DNA of 36,190 nucleotides from a virus (lineage: Duplodnaviria > Caudoviricetes). Position numbers and translations under genes: made by a program. Where the stretch lies: positions 1 through 36,190 of the IMG/VR virus record IMGVR_UViG_3300028585_000537; one strand, 5' to 3'. Below, in pieces: positions 7,021-15,494 of the stretch; positions within the stretch are counted from its first letter, which is position 1; each line of letters begins with the position of its first letter. The notes below the pieces were generated by a model, which saw nothing but the letters and a program-made list of their open reading frames with translations, was not told the origin of the DNA and did no database searches.

Positions 7021-9069
7021 TCAGGCGGGGGCGAAGTTGAGGGTGATCGGCCCCATGAGGCCGGAGGGAACGCCGGAGCGGTTCAGGGTCCGCCACCAGA
7101 AGTGACGGGTGCGAGAGGCGGTGGCAGGGCCGAGGTCGTGTGTGACGGTATCGGTGCGGCCCAGCGTTCCGGCGACCGTGGCGACGACCTCTGCCGCCGA
7201 AGGGGTTGCCGTCGTGCCCATCAGGATCTGCGTCCGGTAGTAGTCCCTCGGTGCATTGACCCATGACAGGACGGCGGTGGCGCCTGCCACCCTGCCCGCC
7301 ACTTGCATCGGTGCAGGCGGTGGTTCCGGATTGGCCAGCACCACAAGGCTGCCAACCTTGATCCAGTCCCCATACCCCCTCCACATGATGCGGACAGTGT
7401 AGGCTTCTCCGTCATCCAGCAGACCGCTTTCCGCCCGCAGCTGGTCGGCGGGCATTTCCACCCAGCGGGGCGGCACCCCCAGAATGGGACCGGTTCCGGA
7501 ATGGTCCCCGCGCGCGATCTGTGCCCGCAGTTCCAGATCCTCGCGGGCGGGATCGTCCACCTGCACCACCAGCTTCACGCCGGTGATATCCCCAGATACC
7601 GTGACGGGTTCCTGCGTCAGGACCACGCCCTTCGGGACAGGCACGGCATGACCGGGCTTGCGGATCTGGTCCAGCGTCGGCGGCAGCGGCTTTTCTTCCG
7701 TGACCGCGTTCCAGCCATACGGGTTGCGCAGGCTGGCGATGCCGATGGTGCAGGTGCCGTCCGGGATGGAGAAGGAATGACTCGTGACCTCGAAGATGCC
7801 GTCGATGCCGAACCCCTCCGCCACGATGCGGATGGTGTGAATGCCGTCCCCCTTCGGGAACCGCGCCTTCATCCCCACGAGGTTGGTGGTGATCGTGCCC
7901 ACCTGCTCGCGGTGATCCTTGGCGAACCTGATCTTCATCAGGCGTTGCAGCTGGGGCGCAGACGGGCACATGTCCGCCTCCAGATGATCCGACCGTTCCT
8001 CGTGCAGGGCCAGTGCCGCGTCATCGCGCAGATCCTGCACCTCGGTCGGCTGATAGGCGTGATCGGGGCTGATGAAGCTGCCGCGCAGGATGTTGTAATC
8101 GGTGAACGGATCGAAGCCGTCATTCATCTCGCGCACCGACAGGATGTCGGCCCCCGTCAGCGTCACGTCCGGTTCGGACCAGGCACCGCCAAGGATGCCG
8201 ACCTTCCCCTCCGCCGTCTGGTAGATCTGCCCGTCGCAGGTGGCCAGCATCCGCGCCGTCACGTCCTTCAGCGGATCGTCGAGCGAATAGAACCCGCAGA
8301 GCCGATAGCGCGGTTCGGTGCCCCCGGCCTTCAGCGGCACCGGCTCGTCGCACAGCGCCACGAAGGTCGCGACCGATGCGGGATCGATCCGCGCTGACGG
8401 GATGTTCCAGCCATCCGGATGGGTCAGCAGGTCGCGCAGGCACAGCCCCGCATTCTCCGAATAGACCAGATCGCCCGCAAGGTTGCGGACGCGGCTGGCG
8501 CGGACCTCCACCTGCATCGGCGTCTGGTCGCTCTTGGGAAACACCTTGGGGAAGTTCGCGTCCGACGGATTGCCATAACGCGGATAGAACGTGGCCTGCC
8601 CCTCAAGGCGGTGCGCAGGCGTCCAGAGGTCGGGGAACTTGTCCCGCGCCAGCTGGTAGTCGCCGCCCGCCCCCGACCCGTCCCGAAAGAACAGGTAGAC
8701 GTATTTGCGGATCAGGCCGTTCCCGTCGATCTCGCGCGGCTCCCCGTTGAACCATGGCCGGATCAGGCCATCCACCGGCCCGTGATGAAAGACGATGATC
8801 TGGTGCAGCTGCCCGTCATCGGCCTCGAACAGCGCCCGCACTCCGCCCATCAGGTTGCGGCCATAGGCGCGGATGCGGGCCTGTTCCGGCTGGTTCAGCG
8901 TGGCCTGCACCGTCTGACGCGACACGGCGGGCTTGTTCAGCATGGCCGAGGCGATGGACCATGTGACCGCCTGACCCGCCGCGATGATGGCCCCTGCCGC
9001 AGCAGCGCCGATCGATGCGCTTACACCGGCCCAGATGGCGGTGGTCGCAAGGTAACTGAAGACTGCCAT
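7021..9069 (-). CDS. Tail tip/host-specificity protein (gpJ-like) with C-terminal FnIII-like region
   Basis: Start MAVFSYL; RAYGRNLMGG, YSENAGLCLRDLLT, CDEPV..RYRLCG motifs; position after the hub genes. Confidence 0.85.
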   Translation of the reverse strand: MAVFSYLATTAIWAGVSASIGAAAAGAIIAAGQAVTWSIASAMLNKPAVSRQTVQATLNQPEQARIRAYGRNLMGGVRALFEADDGQLHQIIVFHHGPVDGLIRPWFNGEPREIDGNGLIRKYVYLFFRDGSGAGGDYQLARDKFPDLWTPAHRLEGQATFYPRYGNPSDANFPKVFPKSDQTPMQVEVRASRVRNLAGDLVYSENAGLCLRDLLTHPDGWNIPSARIDPASVATFVALCDEPVPLKAGGTEPRYRLCGFYSLDDPLKDVTARMLATCDGQIYQTAEGKVGILGGAWSEPDVTLTGADILSVREMNDGFDPFTDYNILRGSFISPDHAYQPTEVQDLRDDAALALHEERSDHLEADMCPSAPQLQRLMKIRFAKDHREQVGTITTNLVGMKARFPKGDGIHTIRIVAEGFGIDGIFEVTSHSFSIPDGTCTIGIASLRNPYGWNAVTEEKPLPPTLDQIRKPGHAVPVPKGVVLTQEPVTVSGDITGVKLVVQVDDPAREDLELRAQIARGDHSGTGPILGVPPRWVEMPADQLRAESGLLDDGEAYTVRIMWRGYGDWIKVGSLVVLANPEPPPAPMQVAGRVAGATAVLSWVNAPRDYYRTQILMGTTATPSAAEVVATVAGTLGRTDTVTHDLGPATASRTRHFWWRTLNRSGVPSGLMGPITLNFAPA

Positions 9070-9464
9070 GACTTGACCCACGCCTGTTCGACCAAGCGGT
9101 ATCCCAACCGCGTCACATCCGGCCCCGCCGGGCCGGTCGATATCTGTATGAGGGTGGCCCCCCGATCCTTGGCCCATGTCTCGAAGGCTCGGAGCAGGCG
9201 CAGTCCGCTGCCGTCCGTCGCCCACCAGCCATGTTCCATGGCCACGGGTGCGGGATTGATGATCGTGGGTTGCAGCGACCCGGCGATGAAGCCGCCCTCC
9301 GTCACCCAGACCGCACTGTCGGACCCCGTGATCAGCGCCGCGACGTTCCGTGCCGTCCAGTCCGGATCGACCGGAACAGCCCCCCGGATGGTGGCCCGCA
9401 ACTGCTCCACCATGTCCACGATGCGGAACACGTCGCCCGCACCGGCCAGCCTTACCCGCGCCAT
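9021..9464 (-). CDS. GNAT-family acetyltransferase-like protein
   Basis: VRLAGAGDV...EHGWW...GSGLRLLRAFETWAKDRGA...RLGY, a GNAT motif A/B pattern. Confidence 0.75.
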   Translation of the reverse strand: MARVRLAGAGDVFRIVDMVEQLRATIRGAVPVDPDWTARNVAALITGSDSAVWVTEGGFIAGSLQPTIINPAPVAMEHGWWATDGSGLRLLRAFETWAKDRGATLIQISTGPAGPDVTRLGYRLVEQAWVKSWQSSVTLRPPPSGPV

Positions 9465-10057
9465 CGTGCCTCATGCCCCGCTGCATAAAGGGGCAAGCGC
9501 TCGAACCCCCGGTCGCCCGCATACCGCGCCTTCTGGTCGGCATCGGTCCAGCGCCCACGTGGTGGGGCGTTGCGGCGGAAGAACAACCCCTCCGCTTCCA
9601 GCTTCAGGGTGCGGACCGTCGGCCCGCTCGCGGACCAGGGCATGCGCTGCATGGTGCCCGAGAACAGCGCGATGGGATCACCGATGGGATGGCCCGCCTG
9701 TATCCGGCCATCGGGGGATTCCATCCCGACCATGGCGAACAGCTGCAGGTAGACGATGACCGACCGGTCCCGCATCCGCGCCTTCTCGTTCAGGGCGATG
9801 GCCATCCATTCCGGCTTGGCCGCCATCTCGAACGTCACCTGTTCGGCGTCATAGGTGTAGGAGCTGCTGATCGGGCTCACCGAGATCATGTCATCCACCC
9901 CCTGCCAGCGGTGGCCCGCATGGTCGAGGTCACCGAACCCCGTCCACCAGCGCTTCGGGTTGTCCTTGAAGTCCATGAATGTCAGCACCCCCTGCGCGAT
10001 CTTGCCCGACCGCAGCAGGTCGTCGGGGATGGCAAGAAGGGCATCGCGTGCGGACAT
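9452..10057 (-). CDS. Tail hub/minor tail protein (gpL-like position)
   Basis: WWTGFGDL...WTDADQKARYAGDRGFE motif; synteny. Confidence 0.75.
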   Translation of the reverse strand: MSARDALLAIPDDLLRSGKIAQGVLTFMDFKDNPKRWWTGFGDLDHAGHRWQGVDDMISVSPISSSYTYDAEQVTFEMAAKPEWMAIALNEKARMRDRSVIVYLQLFAMVGMESPDGRIQAGHPIGDPIALFSGTMQRMPWSASGPTVRTLKLEAEGLFFRRNAPPRGRWTDADQKARYAGDRGFERLPLYAAGHEARWRG

Positions 10058-10078
10058 GACAGGCTTCCTTTCGGTGGA

Positions 10079-10093
10079 TTAACGGCTTTTTAA
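10079..10093. promoter_or_regulatory. CtrA box
   Basis: Exact TTAA-CGGCTTT-TTAA (TTAA-N7-TTAA) upstream of the antisense moron. Confidence 0.55.
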
Positions 10094-10158
10094 ATCTTTG
10101 ATGTGATCGTTGGCGTATGCAGATCGCATGCGCGATTGCCCGAACCTGCGAGGATCAG

Positions 10159-10335
10159 ATGTTCCACGACCCTAAGATCGAAGCACATGCGGTGATCACT
10201 CCGATGAAGTCTGCATCCTTGACACCGACGAATGTCGATGCGGAAACGATGGGCCGATTGAACAAATATCTGGCCCATATCGATGCGGGCTACGCCGCGG
10301 TCGAAGCGCAGACATTCAACCGTCAGAAAAAGTAA
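10159..10335 (+). CDS. Small antisense moron protein (58 aa)
   Basis: GAGGA RBS before ATG 10159; fills the lower-GC gap between two tail genes. Confidence 0.55.
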   Translation: MFHDPKIEAHAVITPMKSASLTPTNVDAETMGRLNKYLAHIDAGYAAVEAQTFNRQKK

Positions 10336-10339
10336 GCGA

Positions 10340-11017
10340 TTACAGTGCTTCTGTGAAGTTGACTGTGACTTTGGGCGCAAACTCCGCGTGATCCTGCGGG
10401 AACTGGCCTTCGGTCTCGGTGGTAAAGCGCATCTTGCAGACAGGCCGTGCCACCTCGACCAATGCGCCCTTTGCGACCGCCTCTCGCAAAGGCGGGTGAA
10501 AGCGGATGCGGTGGGCACCGGGGGCAGATTCCCAATGGTTCTGGATCTGGTGCAACCGTTCCCCGACGCTGAAATACTGGCCGGGTCGCAGATCGATGAT
10601 GTTCAACAGGTCCACATCCAGTTCGGTGGACCGCAGCGGGGACGCCGCCGCCGTCACGACCTGACGAAGCGGAGCAGCATCAAATCCGAAGTGTTCCACG
10701 ATCTGGGCATCCGCCAGCCCTGCGGTGCGCGCGAACGACACGACGCGTCCCTGCCGATCCCTTGGACGATGGCGGGTGAAGCATGGCACCAACGTCGTGC
10801 CGAGCATCCCTTCCATCTGGGCAAGGAAGGCCTGCCATTGCAGGTATCCCCCCTCCCCGTGGAACACGAGTTCCGCCGTCGCCTTCCACCGCCCCCGCAT
10901 TGTCGGGATGATGGTATCCGTCCCGCTAAGGCTTTTTTGAGGGGTCAGCGCCATGCCCTCCGGCCAGAACCGGACGGTGCGCCATCCGGCAAGGTGGGGG
11001 AACGTGGCTTCCATCAT
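10340..11017 (-). CDS. Distal tail (Dit-like) protein
   Basis: Follows the tape measure gene with ATGA overlap; RPGQYFSVGERLH and FHPPLREAV motifs. Confidence 0.75.
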   Translation of the reverse strand: MMEATFPHLAGWRTVRFWPEGMALTPQKSLSGTDTIIPTMRGRWKATAELVFHGEGGYLQWQAFLAQMEGMLGTTLVPCFTRHRPRDRQGRVVSFARTAGLADAQIVEHFGFDAAPLRQVVTAAASPLRSTELDVDLLNIIDLRPGQYFSVGERLHQIQNHWESAPGAHRIRFHPPLREAVAKGALVEVARPVCKMRFTTETEGQFPQDHAEFAPKVTVNFTEAL

Positions 11018-13203
11018 CCGGTCCTTTTCTTGCGGTTTTCCATGTAGCCGGGCACCTGCTGCATCCATGCCTGACCCGCCGCGCGGAACTTCTCATCCAG
11101 CGCCTTGTCTCCCGTGGTGCCCCGGAAGTCGAAGGTCATGGCCATGGGTCCTGACGGCCCGCCGCCGCTGGTCTGCTGATCCACCATCCGCTTCGAGATA
11201 TCGTGCGGGATGATCTGCGTGCCATTCGGAAGGTTCATGATCTCCCCCCCGATCTCGTTCACGCGGGTGATGCCGCCGCGCCAGCTATGCGTGCCGCCCG
11301 CATTGCCTGGCAAGGTCAGCAGACCGCCCAGCCATCCGGACACACCCGCTCCGCCTTTGCCGCCCAAGCCGCCGAGGCCGCCCATGATGGCCTTTTGCAT
11401 CTGGATCTGGGCGATCTGCAAAAGCAGGTTGCCCAGGGCATCCTTGAACCCGTCAGCCCCGTTGCGCAGGGACAGGAAGATGTCGGTGATGGCGTCCGCC
11501 CCCTTTTCCCCCGCCTCCTCGATCCGCTGGAGCCGATCCGCCGCCTCCTCGGCATTCATGCCGGCGGTGGTGTAGGATCGTGCCAGATCATCGATCTGGC
11601 GCTTCAGTTCGGGCGTGATCTCCATCCCGACTTTCTGGGCGGCATGCATCAGTTCGGCGCGGCGCCGGGCATAGTCGACGACATCGCCGTAATCCTGCTG
11701 CGCCGATGTGACTGCCAGCAGAGCCACGGCCTCCGCCTCCAGCGCGGCGGTCTCTTCCTGAATGGACGCGAGGGCCGACTTGAACTCGTCCTTCTTGTCC
11801 TTCTCTGACTTGCCACCGCCGCCCGCCTTCTTGTCCTCAACGCCATAGGCGATGTTTTCCGACGCCTCGAAGCTGGGCTGTTCGGGACGTTGGCTGGCAC
11901 GATCCGGAAGATCCACAGCCGGGTTGCGCCAGACTTCCTGAACCGGTCCGAACCGTTCCCCGATCGGACCTTCATCACCGGGCATCGCCGCCGTGGCCTC
12001 ACGGGCCAGACCGATGATCCCGCGCAGGACGTCGCCGAACGTTCCGAGGCGGGTCTGCACGGCATCGAACGCCGCACCATCCATGTCGCCCAATGCCGCC
12101 ACTGCATCGGCGGCGCGGTCCTCCACCTCCCCAATCTTCCGCGCGAATTCCTCGCCGGTCATCGACCCGTCGACGAATGCATTGTGGATTTCCTGAAGTT
12201 CGAAGGCCATCGCCTCCAGTTCCTCGGACCCATCAATGCCCTGTGCCGCGATGGAGAGGTCCATGAGTTCGCCCGCAAGATTGGCGGCCTCAGACTGAAG
12301 ATCGCGCAGACCTTCCTCCATCCCGCTTCCGGCGCCCATGTCGTCCATCCGGTCCCGAACCCGGCCCATCAGATCGATCAGGTCGCGCAGATCGTATTCC
12401 GCATCCCCAAAGGAGATGAGCGGGATATCTTTGATGTCCTGCCCGAAGTCGACGATCGCCTGCCGCAGATGCGTGCCGACGAAGGCCTGCAGGTCGGAGA
12501 ACTGGCGGTTCAACTCCGCCGCTTTCGCGATCGCCTCCTCGTCCAGAACCGCGCCCATCTCCTTGGCGCGATTCATGGTGTCGCGGATCTTGCCCTCGCC
12601 TTGGGCAAGAAGCTCGACAAAGCGTTCCCCACCCTGCCCGCCCAGCAATTCGTCAAAGATGCGGATCTGGGCGGCGGCGTCGATGCCTTCCATCCGCCCG
12701 ATGATCTCCAGCATCAGTTCGGAGGGGTCCTCAAGGCGACGTTTCAGTTCGGACGCGTCGAACCCGAGTCGCTTGAAGGCATCCGCCCCGCTGCCTGATC
12801 CAGTGACGATGAACTCGTCGGCCCGCAGGTTCAGTTCCTTGAACCCGTCGACCACGGCATCGATCTCGATCCGGTTCTGCTTGGCGACATAGCCCCACTG
12901 CTGGAAAGGCTCGATCCCCATGCCTGCGCGTTTGGCCTCGTCCCCGATCTGGGCGACGCCGCGGATCGTCTCCTCGATGTTGGAGGACAGCCCTGCGAAG
13001 GCCGCCCCGACAAGGCCACCGGCGATCCCGGCCGCGAAGGTCCGTCCGAAGCCCGTCGCCTGCGCCACGGCCCCCGACAGCGAGGTCTGAACGGTCTGGC
13101 CGAAACGCTTCACGTCGCGTTCGCCTTTTTTGATGCCGCCTTCGAACTGCGTGGTGTTCAGACCCAGGTAGGCCTGCAACCGTCCTATGATCCCGCCTGC
13201 CAT
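11014..13203 (-). CDS. Tail tape measure protein
   Basis: 729 aa, Ala/Gly-rich and helical; IGRLQAYLGLNTTQF start; C-terminal AGGT..VNEIGGE motif. Confidence 0.9.
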   Translation of the reverse strand: MAGGIIGRLQAYLGLNTTQFEGGIKKGERDVKRFGQTVQTSLSGAVAQATGFGRTFAAGIAGGLVGAAFAGLSSNIEETIRGVAQIGDEAKRAGMGIEPFQQWGYVAKQNRIEIDAVVDGFKELNLRADEFIVTGSGSGADAFKRLGFDASELKRRLEDPSELMLEIIGRMEGIDAAAQIRIFDELLGGQGGERFVELLAQGEGKIRDTMNRAKEMGAVLDEEAIAKAAELNRQFSDLQAFVGTHLRQAIVDFGQDIKDIPLISFGDAEYDLRDLIDLMGRVRDRMDDMGAGSGMEEGLRDLQSEAANLAGELMDLSIAAQGIDGSEELEAMAFELQEIHNAFVDGSMTGEEFARKIGEVEDRAADAVAALGDMDGAAFDAVQTRLGTFGDVLRGIIGLAREATAAMPGDEGPIGERFGPVQEVWRNPAVDLPDRASQRPEQPSFEASENIAYGVEDKKAGGGGKSEKDKKDEFKSALASIQEETAALEAEAVALLAVTSAQQDYGDVVDYARRRAELMHAAQKVGMEITPELKRQIDDLARSYTTAGMNAEEAADRLQRIEEAGEKGADAITDIFLSLRNGADGFKDALGNLLLQIAQIQMQKAIMGGLGGLGGKGGAGVSGWLGGLLTLPGNAGGTHSWRGGITRVNEIGGEIMNLPNGTQIIPHDISKRMVDQQTSGGGPSGPMAMTFDFRGTTGDKALDEKFRAAGQAWMQQVPGYMENRKKRTG

Positions 13204-13547
13204 TCCGCCCACGTCCTTATCTTGCCTTGTCCGGCCAATAGTTCGCGCGTGACGCGCATCTGTGCCTGCATGTCGAGCGACCGTTCTTCAGGGGTGAGGG
13301 GCAGCGCCTTTGACGCCACGAAGTCCGACAAGGGCGGGATCTTCGCAAGGCGCGGCAGGATGCCACTCAGCCAGGCGGCGGAAGTCTGGAGTTCCGACTC
13401 GCGAACGGCCCGTTCCGCCGCGCCTTCCAGCTGGATGACGTAGACACGGGGCGTCACCTCCCAGAAGCGCTGCTCCGAAAGACCCGCCTCAACCCATGTG
13501 CGCAGCAGTTGGCCCACACCCGGAACATCGCCCGAAGCTTTTTTCCC
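13185..13547 (-). CDS. Tail assembly chaperone GT extension (reached by -1 frameshift)
   Basis: The -1 frame after GGGAAAAAAG reads KASGD...GLSEQRFWEVTPR, a gpT-like motif. Confidence 0.75.
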   Translation of the reverse strand, partial: GKKASGDVPGVGQLLRTWVEAGLSEQRFWEVTPRVYVIQLEGAAERAVRESELQTSAAWLSGILPRLAKIPPLSDFVASKALPLTPEERSLDMQAQMRVTRELLAGQGKIRTWAEWQAGS

Positions 13548-13855
13548 GTGTCGGACCCGCCAGCCTCCGCATCCGGCATGGCGACCGACAGCGCACGAAC
13601 CACGCAGGTCGGATCGGCATCCAGCAGATGCCCCGCCTCTTCCAGCGTGGCCTGCGGATGATGGTGCAGCATCGCCGCCCAGCACAAAAGGCGCAGGTCC
13701 GTGGCCAACACCAGCGTTCCGCGTTCCATCTCCGCGATGGTCTGGAAGGCGGATCGCCCCGCCTCGGCCTCGAACGCAGCGAATGCGTTGAAGCCGAAGC
13801 GCAGCGTGTAGCGTCCCATGGGGGACGCCACACGGCAGTCCATATAGGCCTGCAT
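13454..13855 (-). CDS. Tail assembly chaperone (gpG-like)
   Basis: YTLRFGFNAFAAFE...HHPQATLEEAGHLL; lies between the tail tube and tape measure genes. Confidence 0.85.
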   Translation of the reverse strand: MQAYMDCRVASPMGRYTLRFGFNAFAAFEAEAGRSAFQTIAEMERGTLVLATDLRLLCWAAMLHHHPQATLEEAGHLLDADPTCVVRALSVAMPDAEAGGSDTGKKLRAMFRVWANCCAHGLRRVFRSSASGR

Positions 13856-13856
13856 G

Positions 13857-14309
13857 TCAGGCCGCCGGAACGTCGGGGATCTCGCTGACGAGGCCGTTGA
13901 TCACCAGCGTCAGCGTGGACATGGCCTTTCCCTGCACCGGGGCGCTGCGGGCGTAGTTGTTGACATAGGCCGCATAGACCTCTTCCTCTGCCTCCGGCAC
14001 GCCCTTGGGCAGGATGCCGACACGGATCATCTCGCGCGTGGCCTTCAGCGTCCGCAGCATGATGTCCTGCGGGGAGTTCGGCAGCCAGTCGAGCGGCACC
14101 GACATGGTGCCGTTGTCTTCAAGGCCGGGGATCCGCTCGATCGTCCCTTGGGAGTCGTGAGAGGTCACATCGACTTGCGCGGCCTCACCGCCCGGAAGAT
14201 CGAAGTCGCCGACGCCGATCAGCTTGACCGCGTCGGTCATGTTGGCGGTCGCGCCCCGCTTGATGCGAACGCGGGCCCCGTGGGCCAGCTGCACACCGGT
14301 AATGCTCAT
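13857..14309 (-). CDS. Major tail tube protein
   Basis: VDVTSHDS..ERIPGLEDNG motif; AAAGGA RBS. Confidence 0.85.
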   Translation of the reverse strand: MSITGVQLAHGARVRIKRGATANMTDAVKLIGVGDFDLPGGEAAQVDVTSHDSQGTIERIPGLEDNGTMSVPLDWLPNSPQDIMLRTLKATREMIRVGILPKGVPEAEEEVYAAYVNNYARSAPVQGKAMSTLTLVINGLVSEIPDVPAA

Positions 14310-14331
14310 GGGTTGTCCTTTCAAAAGGGGA

Positions 14332-14745
14332 TCAGGGGCCGAGGGACCGCCACGAGGTCACCCGGAAGGTTTGAATCAGCGTGCCGATCTTCTGGCCGCC
14401 CTCGGCGTTGACGACGATGGACAGATCTTCGAGGAGGCACTGCACATCCCCCGACCCGACGGCCATCATGATGACCGGCTCGATTTCGGCGGCATCCGCG
14501 TCGAGGACATCCTCCAGATCGTCACCGCCCGTGCGCTTCAGAACGACCTGCATCATGGTCACGCGTTCGAAGCTGCCATGCGTGGACGGCGTGGACCTTT
14601 CCTGCGGCGTGACGACGCCCATCACGGGCAGCGTTTCCACATCGATGCTGCCCGCCCAGGCGGACAACACGGTGGCACCCCGCGTGAGAGGTGCGGACTT
14701 CAAAGCCGCAATGGCGGCCGCGCGATACCCGGAACGGTAGGTCAT
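14332..14745 (-). CDS. Tail terminator/completion protein
   Basis: 137 aa between the head-joining and tail tube genes; LPVMGVVTPQE motif. Confidence 0.7.
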   Translation of the reverse strand: MTYRSGYRAAAIAALKSAPLTRGATVLSAWAGSIDVETLPVMGVVTPQERSTPSTHGSFERVTMMQVVLKRTGGDDLEDVLDADAAEIEPVIMMAVGSGDVQCLLEDLSIVVNAEGGQKIGTLIQTFRVTSWRSLGP

Positions 14746-15071
14746 GGAAACCTCACCCATTCCAGCTCGCAGATGACCATCGCATCCGCCGCCGGGGATC
14801 CGGAGGGGGAGACGTTGAGGATCTGATAGGTGCGGCCATTGGGTGCGATGATCCGGTCGTCCCGCGCAATGTGCGGCACGTCCATCTTGCGCACCCGCCA
14901 GCTGGGTGAAGTGATGATGACCGGATGGCCGTCCTGGTCTACCGCCTCCACCGGACCATCCCTAAACATGGAATGGACCGAGGACACCTGCCCATGCTTC
15001 GTGATGTAGGTGACGGGATCGCCCAGCACGCTGTTCACGACGCTGGCCATCCCGTCGAAGATGGCCGGCAT
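14742..15071 (-). CDS. Head-tail joining protein (gpFII-like)
   Basis: MPAIFDGM...GDPVTY...GRTYQI; synteny. Confidence 0.75.
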   Translation of the reverse strand: MPAIFDGMASVVNSVLGDPVTYITKHGQVSSVHSMFRDGPVEAVDQDGHPVIITSPSWRVRKMDVPHIARDDRIIAPNGRTYQILNVSPSGSPAADAMVICELEWVRFP

Positions 15072-15418
15072 CAGGCGACTGCGGCGGCGGCCACGGCACC
15101 GTTCAGACGCACGAGACCTTCGGGGCTGGGGTTGGCCGCAGCTTCGACCGCGACGCCGATCAGCAGGTTGCCTGCCGTCGCCGCCGTGGTCAGTTGTCCC
15201 GCAGCGGTGGCGTAGATCGGAGCACCGACCGTCCACGCCTGGGCGGGCACCTTCGCAAGGCGGAAGACGCCGGTAACGGCCAGTTCGAGGGATTGGCCCT
15301 GCAAGGCGTCGAAGGAGGCGACGCCGAACAGCACACCGATCCGGACGCCTTGACCACTGAGGACGGCGGCGGGAGACGGGACCGGAATGACTTGACCGGC
15401 CTGGACGTAGTTTTTCAT
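15071..15418 (-). CDS. DUF2190 capsid cement/decoration protein
   Basis: MKNYVQAG...GVFRLAK...VRLNG, the hallmark of DUF2190. Confidence 0.9.
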   Translation of the reverse strand: MKNYVQAGQVIPVPSPAAVLSGQGVRIGVLFGVASFDALQGQSLELAVTGVFRLAKVPAQAWTVGAPIYATAAGQLTTAATAGNLLIGVAVEAAANPSPEGLVRLNGAVAAAAVA

Positions 15419-15445
15419 GGGATCACTCCACAAGGGTTCCAGAAC

Positions 15446-15478
15446 GACGAAGGGCACCCGATGGGTGCCCTTTCGTCA
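15446..15478 (-). terminator. Hairpin after the capsid gene
   Basis: GACGAAGGGCACCC-GAT-GGGTGCCCTTTCGTC near-perfect inverted repeat. Confidence 0.55.
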
Positions 15479-15494
15479 CGTCATGACCTGAAAA

